64,000 nt of DNA from an uncultured Gemmatimonadales bacterium (GTDB taxonomy: Bacteria; Gemmatimonadota; Gemmatimonadetes; Gemmatimonadales; GWC2-71-9), in contig CAWHFW010000005.1 of assembly GCA_963828735.1 (NCBI GenBank), positions 1,376,001-1,440,000 of the forward strand, given 5' to 3'. The notes below the pieces were generated by a model, which had not been told where the DNA came from, did not search any database, and worked only from the letters and a program-made list of their open reading frames with translations. Position 1 is the stretch's first letter; each line of letters begins with the position of its first letter. A program made the translations under genes and the position numbers. Of this stretch, positions 60,794-64,000 are shown piece after piece.

Positions 60794-62485
60794 TCACTGC
60801 TGACACGGCGCCTGGGGATCTGGCTTGGGCTTGTCGACGACGACGCGGTGGTCCAGATCCGCCACCTTGATCACCAGGGCATCCACGTACTGCACGACGC
60901 GGACGTACTTGTCGTAGTCGAGGAACTGGGCCTCGTCGGTCACCTGATGGTAGTCGCGGTGGGCGCCGGTGCTGAAGAAGACGATCGGGATGCCGTATCT
61001 GGCGTAGTTCGCGTGGTCGCTCCGGCAATAATACTGGTCGGGGTGACCGTTGGCATCGTATGCGTAGTTGAACGTGAAGCCGAACTTCCCGGCCACGTTC
61101 ACCTGCTCCGCGAGGGCGCCAAGCTCGGTGGAGAGCCGCCGCGATCCGAGGACCTCGAGGTAGCCCGGACCACCCGCGGCCACGTCGCCCGGATCGCCAC
61201 GGGCGATCATGTCGATGTTGATCTGCGCCACGATGGAGTCGCGTGGCACCGTCGGATGATCGGTGAACCAGTGGCTGCCCTGCAGGCCCGACTCCTCGCC
61301 CGTGTGCCAGACGAACAACAGCGACCGCTTGGGCTTGACGGCGCCGCGCGCCGCGGCTTCCGCGATCTCCAGCAGGCCCATGGATCCGGACCCGTCATCG
61401 TCCGCGCCGTTCACGATAGAGTCCACCCGCGCGGGATGCTGCTGGCGGAGACTGTCCACGATCGCCGTGATGCGCGCCGCTTCTGCCGCCGTCGGCTCGC
61501 GCGGCACGTCGTTGGCGCCGCGCGGGCGGATCACCGTGTTGTACGCGCGCAGGCTGTCGTGATCCACGGGCGGCACGATGCCGATCGCATCGTTGTGCGC
61601 GCCGAGGGCCACGTACTGTCCGCGAAGGGCGGGGTCCGAGCCTTCCAGCACGGCCACCACGTTGGTGGCGGGCAGCTCCGTTCCGGCGTACGTCACCTCG
61701 CCCTGAAGCGCCGGGCCCGTGTCGCCGGGACGTAAGGCGTCGAGCGGCTTGCCGAAGATCTTCTCCACCGACGCAGTCGGGATGAAGAGCATCCGCGGCT
61801 GCGTCGCCCCTGGCGGCGTGTAGGTCGCCTCCCTGATCTCTACCTTCGGGCCGCGCAGGTAGTCCGCGAACTGCGACAGCAGCGGATCGATCTCCGTCAC
61901 TCCGATCCCGGCGATGAGCCCGAGCGGGCCCTGGGGGCTCAGGTCGGGCGCACCGAGCGAGTTGCCCGAGGCGGAGCTCCGGAAGACGACCACCTTGCCC
62001 TTGAGCGCATCCCTGGACGGCAGCGATGCCGAGTCGGCCTTGGTGCCGATGTAGACCACCCGCGCCCCCGTGATGGGGCGGGCGGGCAGGGCAAAGGTCG
62101 GCTGGTAGGGATAGTAGTCCGCGAAGGGCACCAGCGACGCGGCTCCGGCGTGAAGCGTGGCCGAGGTTGAATCGAGCGCGTAACTCACGAGCGGCACACG
62201 TTGCAGGTAGCTGCCGTCGTCGCCCGCGGGCCGGAGCCCGAGCCGCGCGACCTCCGCGGCGATGTACGCGTTGCCGCGGACATTTCCGATCGTGCCCGCC
62301 CGGCGGCCCAACATCGAATCGTCCGCGAAGATCGAGATTCTCGCCTTGAGATCGGCCGCGGCTATGGTCGGTGTCGTGCCGCCCGAGGGGGCGGCGGGCT
62401 TGGCGGCGGCTTCTGGAGTTCGGCCGCCACCGCATGCGGCGGCGGCCGGCAGGAGGACGAGCGCGAGGGACCAGGACAGACGCAT
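60794..62485 (-). CDS. M28 family metallopeptidase lipoprotein
   Basis: AAAC lipobox, GAHND, NGADDDGSG, GEESGL, NIDM, RSDH, DYH. Confidence 0.92.
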   Translation of the reverse strand: MRLSWSLALVLLPAAAACGGGRTPEAAAKPAAPSGGTTPTIAAADLKARISIFADDSMLGRRAGTIGNVRGNAYIAAEVARLGLRPAGDDGSYLQRVPLVSYALDSTSATLHAGAASLVPFADYYPYQPTFALPARPITGARVVYIGTKADSASLPSRDALKGKVVVFRSSASGNSLGAPDLSPQGPLGLIAGIGVTEIDPLLSQFADYLRGPKVEIREATYTPPGATQPRMLFIPTASVEKIFGKPLDALRPGDTGPALQGEVTYAGTELPATNVVAVLEGSDPALRGQYVALGAHNDAIGIVPPVDHDSLRAYNTVIRPRGANDVPREPTAAEAARITAIVDSLRQQHPARVDSIVNGADDDGSGSMGLLEIAEAAARGAVKPKRSLLFVWHTGEESGLQGSHWFTDHPTVPRDSIVAQINIDMIARGDPGDVAAGGPGYLEVLGSRRLSTELGALAEQVNVAGKFGFTFNYAYDANGHPDQYYCRSDHANYARYGIPIVFFSTGAHRDYHQVTDEAQFLDYDKYVRVVQYVDALVIKVADLDHRVVVDKPKPDPQAPCQQ

Positions 62486-62554
62486 GGGGGATCCGCCAGA
62501 GATGTGGGAAGCGAGTGGGTCGCCTCCCACTACCCCGGACGCCCCGAAATCGTT

Positions 62555-62830
62555 TCAGGCCGCCGCGTCTGCGACGCGCTCGGTCTCCCTGCGCAGCAGC
62601 ACCGTCCCCGCCCCCGCCCCCAGGACCGGCTCGCCTGCCGGCGCCACCACGCGACCGATCGGCCGGTCGCCTTCGAGCAGCACGTACACCATTGTCGGGT
62701 CCCGCTTCGCCAGTTGCACCATCGCCCGGTCCAGCCTTTCCGCATTGATTGAAGCGACCGGCCGTCCGGCCGCGTACCGTTCAGTGATCTCGGCCGGCTC
62801 GGGTCCCGCCGGGTCACCCCGTCGGGCCAC
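62555..62830 (-). CDS. Hypothetical small protein
   Basis: 91-aa ORF filling the gap, with GAGG upstream. No motif recognised. Confidence 0.4.
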   Translation of the reverse strand: MARRGDPAGPEPAEITERYAAGRPVASINAERLDRAMVQLAKRDPTMVYVLLEGDRPIGRVVAPAGEPVLGAGAGTVLLRRETERVADAAA

Positions 62831-62947
62831 GCCGGCGCCTCAGGATGACCGGTCCTTAGAGTCCCACGGCGGCCCCAGGGTTGCTTGGCCGGGGCCGGCC
62901 GTTCCGCGCAACCCTTTCTGCCGCCCCTGTGTCAGAGGGCCGGTGAC

Positions 62948-63505
62948 TTGAACCTTCACGCGCCGGAGTCCGTGGACGACCGTGAACTGATCGGCCGAGT
63001 GCTTGCCGGCGACGCCCGGGCCGAGCGCGAGTTGTACGACGCGCACGTGGACCGCGTCTTCCGGCTGGTCTACCGCATGGTGGGCGACACCCATCGCGCC
63101 CAGGACTACACCCAGGAAGCATTCATCCGCGGCTTCCGGCGGCTGGCCGATTTCCGGGGAGAAAGCGCGCTGTCAACCTGGCTCTGCGCGATCGCGGTGT
63201 CGGTGACCCTGAACGGCCTTCGGAGCCTCAAGCGGGCCCGGGAGCGGGAAGTGACGCTGGACGAGGCACCCGCGATCGGCAGTCGGTCGGTGGAGGCCGA
63301 CCCGGACCTCAAGGTCCGACTATCGCGGGCGATCGACGGACTGCCGGAGGGGTACCGCACCGTGTTCGTGATGCACGACGTCGAGGGCTACACGCACGAG
63401 GAGATCGCGACGACGCTGGGCGTCCAGCCCGGCACCTCGAAGGCGCAGCTGTTCCGGGCGCGCGCCCGGCTGCGCGAAGCGCTCGCTGATTTCGCGAGGG
63501 ACTGA
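62948..63505 (+). CDS. ECF RNA polymerase sigma factor
   Basis: AQDYTQEAF, STWL, region 4 GYTHEEIA..LG...GTSKAQLFRAR. Start 62948 or 62972. Confidence 0.92.
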   Translation: MNLHAPESVDDRELIGRVLAGDARAERELYDAHVDRVFRLVYRMVGDTHRAQDYTQEAFIRGFRRLADFRGESALSTWLCAIAVSVTLNGLRSLKRAREREVTLDEAPAIGSRSVEADPDLKVRLSRAIDGLPEGYRTVFVMHDVEGYTHEEIATTLGVQPGTSKAQLFRARARLREALADFARD

Positions 63506-63506
63506 G

Positions 63507-64000
63507 ATGACGGACGACGATCCGCTGGACGAGACGATCCGCGCCACGGCACGCGAATACCACCGACCGCCCGATACGCCGCGCGAGGCGATGTGGCGGG
63601 AGATCGAGCAGTCGCGCCGGCTCGACCGTGCCCGGCGGCCCGCGCCCAGGCGCTGGCGACCGTGGGGCGCCGCGGCAGCGGCCGCCGCGGTGCTGGCGAT
63701 GGGGATCGGGATCGGGCGGCTGTGGCAGCCGACCGTTCCACGAGAGACCGCGCCTGGCGCGGTCGCGAGCGGCCCGCCGTCCACCGCGCCGCGCGTGAAC
63801 GGGACCGCCTATCGCCTCGCAGCGGTCGAGCATCTGGGACAGGCGGAGGCGTTCCTCACCCTGTTCCGCGCGTCGGTCCGAACGGGCACCCAGGAGCGCC
63901 TCGCTTCGGCGACCGCTCGGCAGCTTCTGGCCAACAATCGGCTGCTGCTGGACTCGCCGGCGGGGCAGGACCGGAAGACCCGCCTGATCCTCGAGGATCT
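63507..64000 (+). CDS. Probable anti-sigma factor (truncated by window end)
   Basis: MTDDDPLDETIR...AMWREI, TM helix AAAAAAVLAMGIGIG. Directly follows the ECF sigma factor. Confidence 0.7.
   Translation, partial: MTDDDPLDETIRATAREYHRPPDTPREAMWREIEQSRRLDRARRPAPRRWRPWGAAAAAAAVLAMGIGIGRLWQPTVPRETAPGAVASGPPSTAPRVNGTAYRLAAVEHLGQAEAFLTLFRASVRTGTQERLASATARQLLANNRLLLDSPAGQDRKTRLILED

Overview
High-GC bacterial chromosomal window. The gene complement and style suggest Gemmatimonadota, but this is inference only. I saw no rRNA, tRNA, CRISPR array or mobile element. It holds about 62 CDSs. These include signalling genes (HD-GYP, GGDEF, several REC proteins, a HisKA_3/NarL pair, a Ser/Thr kinase, an MCP with a binding protein, an ECF sigma/anti-sigma pair), an RND efflux operon, a 15-kb polyamine uptake/catabolism locus, hemH/hemA, gyrA, lepB, bcp, cspA, ogt and peptidases. 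Four elements stand out. (1) An unannotated, densely base-paired ~430-nt minus-strand ncRNA candidate (11835-12263) has its own promoter and terminator, lies convergent with a YhaM-like nuclease, and sits downstream of a DnaA-box-like cluster. (2) A candidate peptide-signalling module consists of an AraC regulator, a 21-bp-spaced direct repeat, a 47-aa exported lipopeptide ending QGANN and a convergent TPR-like protein. (3) A compact pseudoknotted ON-riboswitch-like element resembling nhaA-type cation riboswitches precedes a TorF/Gcw_chp porin. (4) A structured leader precedes a polyamine-linked dehydrogenase. All product calls come from motif recognition by eye; no database searches were run.
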